From the NCBI RefSeq assembly GCF_009914755.1, contig NC_060925.1: DNA of 64,000 nt; one strand, 5' to 3'. Below, piece by piece: positions 29,455 to 44,963 of the stretch. The stretch is from the human T2T-CHM13v2.0 reference genome, Homo sapiens. Both the position numbers and the translations under genes were made by a program. Each line of letters opens with the position of its first letter. Within the stretch, counting starts at the first letter, position 1. Under the pieces are notes generated by a model, which was given only the letters and a program-made list of their open reading frames with translations, was not told the DNA's origin and did no database searches.

Positions 29455-30039
29455 GTAGGTCCCATCCCTCTTGCCTGAGTGTCCTCCTCCTCTGAGTCTC
29501 CCTGCTGAGCCTCACCCCACAGAACGTGTTGTTCCCTTCTCTCTGATTTCACCATGAGGAGCATGATTGTACCATTATATTCACTTCATTGTTTTGTAAT
29601 ATTTTTACACTTGGCTCTGTTATTGCTTGTGAGTGCCTTTATTTCTTATGTATCTTTGTGCCTCCAGTACCAGATACTTTGTGGACCCTCAGTAGATACT
29701 TGAATGAATGACATGCTGTGAGTGTATCTAAATTCTTCTGGCTGGGATTTCTCCTTGAACACAAACCAGGCGCGTGTGTGTTTGGTTTTTATGTGGCCTA
29801 ATCTTTAGACAGAAGCTAAGGAAGTAAATTGTAAAACTTTAGTCAAAATACAGTCTTGGAATATATCATATTTATATCCCTGTTTCTTTTTTTTAGATGT
29901 ACTTCCGATATCCCAATTTATATGTACATATGTATGAAAAAATTTTAATACATGCTTTTAAAAATTCTCATTGGAAACTTATTCATTGAGCAGTTTGAAC
30001 ATATTGTTCAAATGAAAGTGGTTGATTTTATAGCTCAAC

Positions 30040-30200
30040 TGATTGTTGACTTACATAGCGGACTTACAGAGAAGTGGAATTTGTACATCCTAGCAGGATA
30101 GGACTGGCCCAGCCTTTACCCCCCATTCTGTATATGAGGAAACTGAAGCCAAAAGGTGAGGGAACCGATCTAAAGTGATGCTGTTGACTGCTGGGCCAGA
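30040..30200 (-). mobile_element. MIR
   Basis: cccattctgtatatgaggaaactgaagcc core in reverse. Confidence 0.65.
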
Positions 30201-30879
30201 CTCCTGCCATTTTACTGTCTGCTTGCTCATTATATCGCTTTCCGTTATGGTCAGTGCATAGTAAATAGAAACAACCCTAAGAATACTGTGGATGAACAGC
30301 TATTTTGGCTGTTAGAAACTCTGAAAAGTGAGCCGTTCCAGTAGCTAAGTTTTCAGGAAGCTTAGTTAGGCAGGAAAGGGTTTTCTACTTTAAAGCAAAT
30401 GAACTTCAAAACTATTTATTCATAAAACTATATTTCTAACCCTTTATAAGAACAAGTCATGTTCATTAGAGACAATTTGAACTTTATAAACAAGCAGACA
30501 GAGGAGTTCAAAAATCAGTTGTAGTTTCACTCCATTCCAATATTTTTTCTCTTCAGTTGTTGTGACTGTGTTATTCAAGTATTTGTGATCCTACTGTACG
30601 GGTAGTGTTACATGTAAAACATTTTAAAAGTATATAAAACATTTTTTTCTAATCGTAAAACAATATAGGTTCTTTATAGAACAGAAGAGTATAAAGAAGA
30701 AAAATAAAAATCCCCATTGAGGACTTGACTTAATTTAACTTGATCTCAGGCTATTTTAACATTAGCTTGATTTAGGCAGTCTAGCCTTTTAACTGTTTTG
30801 TGAAACTTAAGCGATTTTAATGGTTTCAATCTTTAAAATAACCATGATACATTATAAAAATACTGATTTTATTTTCTAG

Positions 30880-30983
30880 GTGTCTGGGCCACTAAACCAA
30901 TTTTAAAAGGCAAAAAATTTGGGCCATTTGTTGGTGATAAGAAAAAAAGATCTCAGGTTAAGAATAATGTATACATGTGGGAG
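30880..30983 (+). CDS. PRDM2: PRDM2 exon 4 (104 nt; (G)VWATKPILKGKKFGPFVGDKKKRSQVKNNVYMWE)
   Basis: Acceptor attttctag|GT and donor GAG|gtaaga; phase 1 to 0; PR-domain motifs GVWA and FGPF; found by reading (not in the ORF track). Confidence 0.97.
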
Positions 30984-33659
30984 GTAAGAAGTAATTCTGA
31001 TTCTTTGTTTTTCAGAGTTTTATGAAATAATTATTCTGTTCTCTCAGAATTTGACATTTTGAATTTAAAACAATCATTTTAATGTGTTCTTTAAAGTCAA
31101 GAATATTTTTATTAAAGAGAAAATGTGTTTCCCTGGATACAGACTGCTATTTATATATGCTTTTGTATTTTGAAACTGCTTGGCTGTCCTCAACAATAAA
31201 TGTCAAATCCATGTTTTACATTGCCGTGTCCAGGGTGTTTTGCTTTGCAACTAAGACCGTGACTTCCTGTTTGATGGTTTGTCACTTCACAGGCCGCCAC
31301 ATAAACCCCATAAAAGACACTCTATGGTGGCTGCAAAGAAAGCACTGTTAGGTTCTTCTCTATATTTTAGAAAGTAATTTCTATGTTGCTAGGATATTCA
31401 GTTGGATATATTTAGCATATGGCACATATATAGAGCTTGTAATTTTTCAGGAGTTTTTCATCTATTAATTTCATGTTTTCCCAGCAATTCTGGAAGACAG
31501 CAGGGCATCTGCACACTCCTTTGAGAGGAGAAGCAGTCAGGAGACAGAGCTGAGCTCTCCTTCCCTGGGGGGCTCCACCCGGGAGGCCTGTAGATGCAGA
31601 ACTAGAATGCATCTCTCCTGCCTCACTGGGAGGCAGTTAAGGTTTTCATTGCATTGCCTGAGTTCAAATCCTACCTCTAGCTTCGTGACTTGCAGCAGGG
31701 GACATAGCCTCTGGGCTAGAAAACCCTCAATTAAAAAAATAGAGATAGAAGATATCTCCTAGGATAGTTGTGAAGATAAAATTTGTCGTTGTTGCTTTTG
31801 TTGTTCCCTGGGGTATTGCGTAGGAATTCAGCATTTGTGATGAATTTAGTTCAAGTCAGTGCCCCCTGGAAGCCCCCCTGAGTTCTTAAAGGAGCTCCAT
31901 GGTGTGACTCCTTTTCAAAACAAGTTAAGTTTTTGGATGATGAGAAAAAGCATTCCTGTCAGATTGTCTGAAACTGAATCACATCTGTTTTTTCACACAT
32001 TAACATAGAAAAGCCTAAAAATAAAGTATGGCTAGGAAGTGTGTGGACACTTTTCATCAAGAAGTTCTGTGGCATTTGTATGGTTGAAGTATGCTGCTAT
32101 TTTTCTTTATGCTCTAAGCTGTTTCCCAACTTGAAAAATCTGACAGTTTCTCCCAATAATTTTGAGTTATTTGTTTCTTATGAATTTGTTATAATGTATC
32201 TTCTGACTATTAACGGGGGGTGTCTTAGGAAATGAGGATTTACCACAAGAGTCATTGCATTCTGTTATTTCACCACTTTTGAGGTGTAAGAGTTCTGTAT
32301 TTGTAGAAAAACTGCCCGGCCAAAAAATGTGAATTACTAAAGATAATGCCTGCATGATTAAAAATGTCTTGACCACAAAATTATGCTCCCAAATAAACTG
32401 CATTTTTAATTTTAGATGTTTCCCAAGGGAAACTAACAAATTGGCTCACCAGGTTTAACACTACGTTTAGTGAGAATAATGTCAAGGAACCAGAAACTGC
32501 TTTCTCTAGTGCTGTGTTTATAACACTAATCTTGAACAAATGCCATCAATATTAAACTTAAGTTAGTAGTACCTATTTTATCCCATGTAACAACTTGATG
32601 TTGTTGGGCATATTGTATAATTTATTAATAGTGCTTTTTGTACATTAAGCTTCATTTGCATTGAGATTCATACATAGTATGACTTGATAGTTGTTGAAAA
32701 TTTGGAACCATGACTTATTAGAATTTCTTCTATAAACCTGTTAACATCCCATTGTTAATGTAAGATACTTCTTATATACTGTACTACTAGAGTTTGCAAA
32801 TCTTTGATAAGAATCCTAGTTCTTATCAAGGGTGCCTTTTGTCTTCCTGCAATTAAAAAAAATCTCATTCAAGTAGTTCTGACTACAAAATATACATCTG
32901 ATATAGAAACCTGTAAGCCTTTTGCTCTGTTAAAATAAAAGTGAATAGATATGACATACATGTGTAAGTATGTATATGGCAAAGGAAGTATCAATTATAA
33001 TGTAAATATTTCTTAGAAGAAAATGACATTGAGGTAAGACTTAGTAGTTTCCTACTAACTTATTCCAACTCTGCTCTTACCCTCAGACCTGCATCAGAAT
33101 GCCTTGTATTAATGTAACAGAAATGGCTTATCATCAGAATCTCATCTTGGCATTTGTTCTTCCATCAAAGCCCCTAAGACCAGCTTATCTTTTAGCAGCA
33201 GGGTCTTAGACCCCAGCCAGAATTCCATTTTAAAGCTAATCTAAGACAAAGTGTTAAATTGCTCTCCTTGAGCCCTTGATTATCTAACCCAGTCTTAAGT
33301 CCTCTAAGCTTTCACTGAAAACATTCTGTTAAATCAGAAATAACAGGAGAGAAACAGTAGAGTATCCTCAGGGTGAATGCACAAAATAGGTTCTCACAAG
33401 AAGAGAGCGTTCTTCGATGAGTTTCTGGCAGGGAGCCGCTAGCTAGCTGGCGCTCGGGACTTGGTGTTTTCGTTCTCTTGACTCTCCCCATCCGCACTGA
33501 GTAATCTGCCATATTTTAAAACCACCTCTGATAAAAGCCTTTTAGATGTACTTTTATGGGATTCAAATTGCTTCTAATTAACAGAACTTTAGAATTGCTT
33601 GGGTAAGAATTATTTTAGTAAGCTTTTTTTTTCTTTTCTTCTTTTTCTTTCAAATACAC

Positions 33660-33880
33660 TTAGTTGTTTTTGGAGCAGTTTTAGGTTCATGGCAAAATTG
33701 AGCAGACAGTACAGATAGTTCCCAAATACTCGCTGTCCCCACACATGCACTGCCTTCCCCATTATCAACATCCTACAGCAGAGCGGGGCATTGGTCAGCC
33801 CATGAACCTGCACTGACATATCATTATTACCCAAAGTCCATAGTTTACATTAGCGGTCACTGTTTCTGTTATATGTTCTA
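33660..33880 (-). mobile_element. L1MC-like 3' fragment
   Basis: gagcagttttaggttcatggcaaaattgagcaga...cccaaagtccatagtttacattag. Confidence 0.75.
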
Positions 33881-34201
33881 ATAAAGCTTTTAAAATTTAA
33901 AATTAATACATGCTCACTGCAACATAATAGAAACAACACAGAAAAATATATACAAGAACATAAAAATCATTGAAACTCCTATCATCCAGGCGCAACCACT
34001 GTGAACATCTTCCTGAACATTCTTTTAACTCCCTGCTTAGCTGCTTCTCTATTTTCAGCCTCACACATACACTGGTACATTTACAACCTATATGTAGAAA
34101 TTGATTCAATTGAGATCAAACAGCACATGCAGTTTTTAATGCTTTTTTTTTCTTTCAGTATCTTGTGGACATATCTATGTCTACTACTTATTTACGTTAT
34201 T

Positions 34202-34521
34202 GTTTGTTTCTTTTCTTTTTTTTTTTTTTTTTGAGACAAGGTCTTGCTCTGTCACCCAGGCTGAAATGCAGTGGCATGTTCACAGCTCATCCTCTGCCTC
34301 CTGGGCCCAAGTGATCTTCCTGCCTCAGCCTCCCGAGTAGCTGGGACAGGCCTGTGCCACTATGCCACTATGTCCAGCTAATTTTTGTATTTTTGGTAGA
34401 GATGGGGTTTCACCATGTTGCCCAGGCTGGTCTTGAACTCAGGGGCTCATGGGCTCAAGCGATCTGCCCGTCTCAGCCTTCCAAAGTGCTGGGGTTACAG
34501 GTGCGAGCCACTGCACCTGGC
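34202..34521 (-). mobile_element. AluJ (antisense) inside an old L1ME-like region
   Basis: J-type features (gggctcaagcgatc), small internal deletion and duplication; flanking CTTATTTAC repeat. Confidence 0.92.
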
Positions 34522-35296
34522 TTATTTACATCATTATTCCTATGCCTACCCACAATTTCATTGTATACCATTCATGATTTATTTAACTAAGCCTTATGTT
34601 GGACATTTAAATTGTTTTAATGTTTTTATGATTATAAATAATTTTTCAAAGTATAAAACTCATTGTATATAAATATGTGTTGACTTGTCTGATTATTTCC
34701 TTAAGATGAATTTCTAGAAGTATAAATGTTGTCAAAAAGTTATATACATTTTAACTTTTTATAAATTTTGCCAAACATTTTCTCTCCAGAAGGACTGTAC
34801 TATTAATTATTTATACAACCACCAAGAGTATATGTTTCTTGCCAGCCTTTTAAAATCCAGTATTGTTAATCTTTTTAATATTAAATTGTTAAAAATATCT
34901 ATTTTTGTAGAGGAAAACCAGTGGTCACTGCTTCTATTAATATTTACATTTTATTCATTCAGGCAACAAATTTTGAGGTCAGGAGAATAGAGGGAAGAAG
35001 TAGAATTGCATGTCAGTTAAAATTGATAGAGAAATTGTCTCTGTATAATGAGAAGACTTTAATGTAATTTTTAAAAGATATATAAACTTTTTTATCAGTC
35101 AGCGCTGCTATGATTAAATATTAACAGGTGAGTTTTATAGTCTTCGCTATCTCAGTTCTTCTGATTTCAAATTATTTGTAAGTTAAAATTGCAGGCAAGA
35201 AGAGAAGTCAACCAGCTGATTCTGCAGAACCTTTTCTCAGAAAGTACTTTTCAGCTCTCAGTGCTGCTTTCTAGCAGTAGGGAAAGGTTTAGATCA

Positions 35297-35596
35297 CCAG
35301 GGAAATCCAACCTGCCACCTGTTTATTACAGCGCTGGAGCTAAGAATGGTTTTTACATTTTTAAAGGGTTGGAAAAATAAAAATGTTTTGTGACATATGC
35401 AAATTATATGAAATTCGAATTTCAGTTCATGAGTAAAGTTTTACTGGAACACAGCTCTGGTCATTCATTTAAATATTATCTATGGCTTCTTTTGCCCCAT
35501 AATCACAGAGTTGAGCAGTGGTGATGGAGACCATATGGCCTGCAAAACTGCAAATATTTGTGTGTGGCCCTTTACAGAAAGTTTGCTGAGCCCTGG
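35297..35596 (+). mobile_element. MER58B-like hAT-Charlie element
   Basis: gagctaagaatggtttttacattttt...aaagttttactggaacacagc...ggccctttacagaaagtttgctgagccctg. Confidence 0.8.
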
Positions 35597-36157
35597 TCTT
35601 GATGTGTAGGGAAGAGTAGCAGTAGGAGTGAATGTGGTGATGTCTGGTTTCAGGTTTGCTGAGAAGCTGAGTGGTTAATAGCAGTGCATAGGTTTTGAAT
35701 GAAGTAATTAAAGGTGTGGGATGGCTGTAGAATTGGTTGTCATAGAAACAGATGAGCCAATTACATTCCTCTTCTCTCAGGAACTGTAGGACAGACAAGG
35801 ACATTGAAGTACAGAGAATTAAGTGATCTTTTTGAACAGGTTTACTTGTACTCAGATTGGCAGCTTGGTCTGGTGTAAAAAAAAAAACTCTCTTTGGGAG
35901 TTTATTTATTCATTCATTTAACCCCTATTAAGCTTTTAGCACATACCAGGCACTGTCTTAAGTTCTTGAACACCATGCTTGGCATAAAATGTTTGTGGTG
36001 TTATAAACTACTGGTAATACCTCATGGAAATTTTTATTTGTGGAATAAAGATATACTAGAAGTGACCTAGATCTTTCCACAGGCAAGAAATCTGAGTTCT
36101 ATGTGGCTTCATGAAGTTCCTAACAAATCTGTTAGGAACTTACCCTCATTTAAAAGT

Positions 36158-37448
<1,291 letters not shown>

Positions 37449-39817
37449 TATAAATGCTTTATTCAATCATCAACGTATTGTGAATGCCTTTATGCTGATC
37501 AATGTATTTCCACAACATCTGGTTATCTTTGCTGTCTTCTAATTACAGAAATAATGCATGTTTATTGGAAAAAATTTTCAAGTATATAGGTATATCTAAC
37601 AGGAAATAAATCGTGCCATATAATCTAATTAATCATTTGCACCACAGTACTTTTTAGTGTCTAAGGTTTCAGCTATATGGATGGACCATAATTTACTGAG
37701 TTAATTCCATATTGTTTTCCATTTAGCCATGAATTGGAAGCAATTTACAGTAAACCACACTTCTGTGAACATTTTTGTATATACATCTGGGTACAATTGT
37801 CCAATGATCTCATTAGAATGAATTCCTACAAGTGTATGTGCTGGTTAGTCTGTGTATATTTTAAATATATATATATATTTTTGGTCAGGTACTGCTAAAT
37901 TCTTCACAAAATCAATTTGTTTTCTGTTCAGAGGTGTTTGGGGGAATATCTGTTTTTTCACACCCTTTCCTATCTTTAAGAAATTTTTTTTGTGTGCCCA
38001 TTTAAAAGGTTAAAATTGTTTTGCTTTCAAGTTATTTTTTATTAACTAAGTTTAGTATTATGAGGTTTTGGCTACGTGTATTCGTTTGTGAATTACTTCT
38101 TGGCCTATTTTTAAAAATTGAAGTGTCATCTTTTTCTACAAAAGCAAGTATTCTCTTTTTGTACATCAGTCAGTATGACTTAGAAGATGCCTTAGTCTCC
38201 TTTGAAACAAAATGAGTTATGTATGAATAAAAATTGTACTCAACTGTAACACTTTGCTTTTTGCAAATGGCTGTATTGACCTGAGAGCCAGGAAGTTGTG
38301 GCACAACCTATATTTTTATCCTGAGGCAGGTAGATAGACTCCAGCTACCTTGTGAACTGTGTGGTTTTCTTGGCAACTATCTCTGTGTTTGTCTCCGTAG
38401 TCTCATCAGTCTCAGTAGCTGTGCCAGTATTTGGGTGGGGAGTGAGTGGGACTTTGCCATCACTGCAGTAAATTAAAATGAAACTTATTATCCCTGAGCC
38501 CAGGGGCAGTTTATGTTGCAGATGGGGTAATAATGTAAGTTACTGTGTACAGATACTCTCCTTGGTGCCTATGATGATTAAAGTAACTACAGTGCACCTT
38601 CTAGCATGGTACCTGTTACGCAGTAGGTGCTCATTAGATGTTGGTAGTTCAGTTAACTAGGATGGTCAAGGAAGGCAGTGATACACAGAAGACAAGGAGA
38701 TCTGAGTCGAAGCCTTTCTTTATGACAATTAAACAGGTGACTTTGGGAAAGTTATTTAACTTTTGAGCCTCAATTTTCACATGTTGAAAGGAGAGCTAAT
38801 AAGCCTGCTACATAGGGTTAAATGAGATAATATGTCAGGCATGTAGCATTATGCCTGATGTTTGACTTTCAAGAGGAAGAAGGCAGTGTTAGGGCCCGGT
38901 AAGGTGGATGCTGCCCCTTGGCAATCACAGGCCTAGACACCCAGGCATGCCCAGAAGAGCAGCATCCTCACCATCAGCGGGGGGAGTGGGAGCTTTGTTC
39001 CAGAAGGAAAGTTGCAGTAAAGAAAGGTGATTAATGTGGGTACGGGAGGGAAGAAGGCATGAGTGGTGGGAATAATGAGAAAGAAATGGAAACATCTAGA
39101 TTATATCCTTTCTTCCTAAAAATAAAGTAAAAGACTCATTTCTTTTGCCCAGCACGTCTGTCAGCCAGTTGATTCTGCAGTTCTGTTTCAGTGCCTACTC
39201 GAGTGTTTTGTAGACTGGTTTTGGGAAAATGTGTATATGTATGCATGTATATACAAAATTAAAGTTAAAAATAGTTGCCAAATAGATGTTCTTTTAAAAT
39301 GAAGGATGATAAATAAGTGCTGGAAGCATCTGTGGGAGGAATTGGTGTGGGTGAGAAGGGAAGGCTTCTTGCAAGAGGAGATTTGATTTGACTCCTGGAA
39401 GGGGTTGAGGTTTTGGTCCTTTTCTTTTTGAAGGCCACTGATATTTCCCAGAGTCTGTTCCATCACCCCTTCATCCTTGCAGATGCTCTGGATGGAGTAT
39501 GTTTTAAGGGTCAGTTGAGTTTGCAGAAGCATCATATCCTGTCACCCATGTGCCTGGTTCACAATGCGTGTTCACTCCTGAAGTCCCTGCCACCTCTGCC
39601 AGAAAGGGACCTGCTGAATTGTATAGCCCTGCAGGGCCAGGTGCCATACTCGATTAGCAGAGCAACCCAGAAAGCTTGGGATTTGGGTGCTGCTGAATAC
39701 CACTGCAAGCTGTTTTCCTTTCTAAGTCACACTTTACAGAGCATAGTTGTCATTTGTCTCTGTGTACGTATTTGTAAAGCATTTGGAGATCCCAAGCATG
39801 CTGACTATAGCTCTTTA

Positions 39818-39821
<4 letters not shown>

Positions 39822-39874
<53 letters not shown>
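39822..39874. repeat. Perfect (TG)26 microsatellite
   Basis: Uninterrupted TG run about 240 nt upstream of exon 5. Confidence 0.97.
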
Positions 39875-39876
<2 letters not shown>

Positions 39877-40113
39877 GGGTGGGGGGCGCGGGGCAAACAA
39901 ACCTAAATAGAAAAATAATGAGAATTACAGTTTCGAATTTCAGTTTTCACCTTGTATTTTTCTTTTCTCTGTCGCTTGTTTTGTTTTTATGAAATGCTTT
40001 ATATAGAGTACTTGCATATAATGAAAAAGAATTATCCTTAAAAGTTAAAAATGGAGGCATTTTAAAGATACTCCTATTTTAACAAAAGTTTTTTACTTTT
40101 CTCCATTTTCAAG

Positions 40114-40266
40114 GTGTATTACCCAAATTTGGGATGGATGTGCATTGATGCCACTGATCCAGAGAAGGGAAACTGGCTGCGATATGTGAATTGGGCTTGC
40201 TCAGGAGAAGAGCAAAATTTATTCCCACTGGAAATCAACAGAGCCATTTACTATAAAACTTTAAAG
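40114..40266 (+). CDS. PRDM2: PRDM2 exon 5 (153 nt; VYYPNLGWMCIDATDPEKGNWLRYVNWACSGEEQNLFPLEINRAIYYKTLK)
   Basis: Acceptor ccattttcaag|GTG and donor AAG|gtaaca; ORF 40114..40296; PR-family motif NWLRYVN; phase 0 to 0. Confidence 0.97.
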
Positions 40267-40315
40267 GTAACAGCATTAGAATTAATTTACTGTTAGTTAC
40301 GCTGCTTGTGTTTTC

Positions 40316-40611
40316 CTTTTTCTTTTTTTGAGACGGTCTCATTCTGTCTCTCAGGCTGGAGTGCAGGGGCTCCATCACGGCTCACTGCAGCCTAAGCCTC
40401 CCCAGCCTTGGGCGATCCTCGGACCTCAACCTCCCGAGTAGCCAGGACTATGGGCACATGCCACCACACCCGGCTGAGTTTTGAATTTTTTGTAGAGACA
40501 GAGCTTTGCTATGTTACCCAGGCTGGTCTCAAACTGCTGGGCTCAAGCGATCTACCTGCCTCAGCCTCCCAAAGTGCTGGGATTACCGGCACAAGCCACA
40601 ATGCCTGGGCC
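40316..40611 (-). mobile_element. AluJ (antisense)
   Basis: Diverged dimer with J diagnostics (cactgcagcct, gggctcaagcgat), 50 nt after the exon 5 donor. Confidence 0.92.
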
Positions 40612-41066
40612 TGCTTATATTTTTCTAATGCTGTCCTTAGTTGTGACTGACAATGACTTTGCAGACCTGGGAGGGATTATATTGGGAAGTGCTTTATCCA
40701 CACTCTTAAGGTTCTGTGTTTTAATATATGGTTACCTGTGTGTGTCATGGAGCTAAAGCATGAAGATCGTGTTAAGTAATTACACACTGCATCTTGAAAG
40801 ATACTGATGAGTTAAGCATGTGGCAGCTGCTTCCCTTCTCCTATGACACAGAGGCATTAGGAACTGTCTGGCAGATTTATCCTACTGTAAGAAACTATCA
40901 GTAGGTATGGTGGGTCTGTGTTAACTGAATACACACTGTTAGTCTCTGATATTAATGCAGCCTTGGATTAGCTTTTCTTTTCCCTAAATTTTACTCAGAA
41001 TACAAATTGAACAGAACATGTTTCTTCCTTTCTGCCAAATTTTTCTTTGGAGATATTAATTGTTGA

Positions 41067-41549
<483 letters not shown>

Positions 41550-42309
41550 TTATACATGGAGATATTCTAAGGCAGAATTTCCAGCCTGTTAAGATGGATG
41601 GTTGTTGCTTTTTGCAATAGATAGCAAAATTGCTATAAGGCAAGTTTCTCTTTATTCACTTACTTCCATTAAAAATGTCATAGGTTGGAGAATAGTCTAT
41701 GGAAAAAATGATCTCCATGGAGTTGAACACTTTTGATGAGCACACATTTCAAATTGTGGCCAGCTTTGCAGTGTGCTGTGTTTTGTTAGTGTAGTGGCAG
41801 TAGGCCTTCTGAAGTTTAGTTAACCTGTAGCTGTTTAATTTTGCTGCATCTTTCCTGACATTGTTAGCCAACTAGACTGCCTTTTATCACATTTATACCC
41901 AGGTCCTTGTATCCAGTCCCTGCAGATTTTTTGTTACACTTTCTTATTTAGGACTTTAAAAACCTTGTTTTCCATTTTTATTCTGCTGGATCGTAGTAGC
42001 ATGCTTTTCTAGTAGGTATTACTCTACAATTTTCTTATATAGGAGTGTGAAGTTGGATTCAAGAATGCATTGTTTCTCAGAAGTATTTAAAGGAGAAATA
42101 CATATGGTTGAATCAGTGAGGTTGAATCCTGGTGGAGATGAAATACTAGCTAGGGGATGAATATGAGACAATCAAGGTAATAGGAAGGAAGTTTTGGAGG
42201 CATGCAAGCTCATGTAGATATTAGGACACTGCAATTCCTTCATTGTACTTCAAGTTAAAATGTGTTCATCTCTGATGCAAATTCACAGAAACACTGAGAA
42301 TCAAGATAG

Positions 42310-42830
42310 AATAGTGGTTAGGAGAGTGAACTCTGAAGCCAGACTGCCTGGGTTAGATCTTGACTTGCTGTGACCCAAGGCAAGTAGGTGTGACCTTATT
42401 AGCTTTGTAACCTTAGCTAAGTCCTTCTGTGTGCCTCAATTCCCACATTGTAAGATACAGGTAATTATGGTATTGACCTCATAGGATTGTTGTGATGATT
42501 GCATGGGTGAATACGGATAGAGCTCCAGCACCTAGTAAGTGCTTATACATGATTGTTGTTATTTTTCACAAGGTGGTATGGTGTCATGGTCAGGAGTGGG
42601 GACTCTGGAGCAGACTGACTTGTGAGCAAATTTTGGCTTCTAGATATGTGACCACGCAAAGGATCTCTCTGTGTCTTAGTTTTCTCATCCATAAAGTGGA
42701 GGTAATAATAAAACTGCTTCATAGTTTGTTGTGAAGGTTAAACAAGCCAATATATATATATATATAAGGTTCTGTGAACAGTTCTTAGTTCAGTGTAAGT
42801 CCTCAAGTGTTAACTAGCTATACTAGTACT
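42310..42830 (+). mobile_element. Two tandem MIRs, the second with a short (TA)n
   Basis: gtggttaggagagtgaactctgaagccagactgcctggg..., then a second head ggtcaggagtgggactctggagcagac. Confidence 0.75.
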
Positions 42831-43144
42831 ATTATTTTTACCTTTGTCCGAAATAACATAGTTCTGATTTTTGCAGACCTCCCCCAGTCTTTATCTTTGA
42901 TATCTGCTCAAGTATGTACAAAGCCTTTCAGATTTTTTACTAGTGATTATCTAACTCTATTCTTCTAGATTAAGTGTCCCGTGGGTTAGGCTTTGTGAAG
43001 AAATTACATGTGCTGCTCTGTGGGCTCTGTATCTTCTCAACTTATTATTATACCCAGATAATTGGGAAATCTCAACACTGGTTTTGTTTGTAATATGATT
43101 AGAAATGATTTAAAATTCCTGAAAGTTAGCTGTTAAATCTGCTA

Positions 43145-44050
<906 letters not shown>

Positions 44051-44614
44051 GTACTGTGTGTGTTTGAGTGATTCTGGAATACTTCTCTAATTTTCTAATA
44101 TTTCTGACACATTTTTCTAATATTCCTTACCCAGTATAAGGAATATTAGAACTCTTGCTTCTTCCTGATTTGTTTGGTAAAATTTCAAGTTTTATTTTAT
44201 ATATGCTGATGTTTAAAGGAGAGAATATGGAGCAGATTCTTGGTTTTATACCTGTTTGAACCCAAAGAGAAAGTGGGAAGAGTTTAAAATCTTTGTTGTT
44301 GTTAATTTTTTTAATATTAAAATATATTTAAAAAGAGGTTGTTTGGTCTTTTGACTTTATTTTTTTAATGTGGATTTATATTTCCTTTGTTGAAGGGAGT
44401 AGTTTTTCTTTTCTTCTGAACTTGACTTAAAAATGCTAACCAGTACAGAAGAAAAAAACCAATATATTATAATATGGAAGAAAACAAGCCTTGGTTTAAA
44501 AAAAATACTATTATTTTTCCTCTTCATAGGGTCTATTGGTGTAGCTGTTTTAATATAAAGTTGCGAAGCATATATCGCTCCGTAATATAACCATTTCAAG
44601 TTGCTAATAATTTT

Positions 44615-44963
<349 letters not shown>

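Noticed and set aside
32804-32829. 10-bp AT-rich stem-loop TTGATAAGAA/TTCTTATCAA
   Set aside because: Close to chance expectation for AT-rich 64 kb
39413-39910. 165-aa ORF ending in VCVCVC
   Set aside because: Non-ATG start, lengthened by the (TG)n repeat, no recognisable domain
44510-44600. Acceptor-like ttttcctcttcatag at 44529
   Set aside because: No convincing downstream donor; isolated acceptor-like tracts are common in introns
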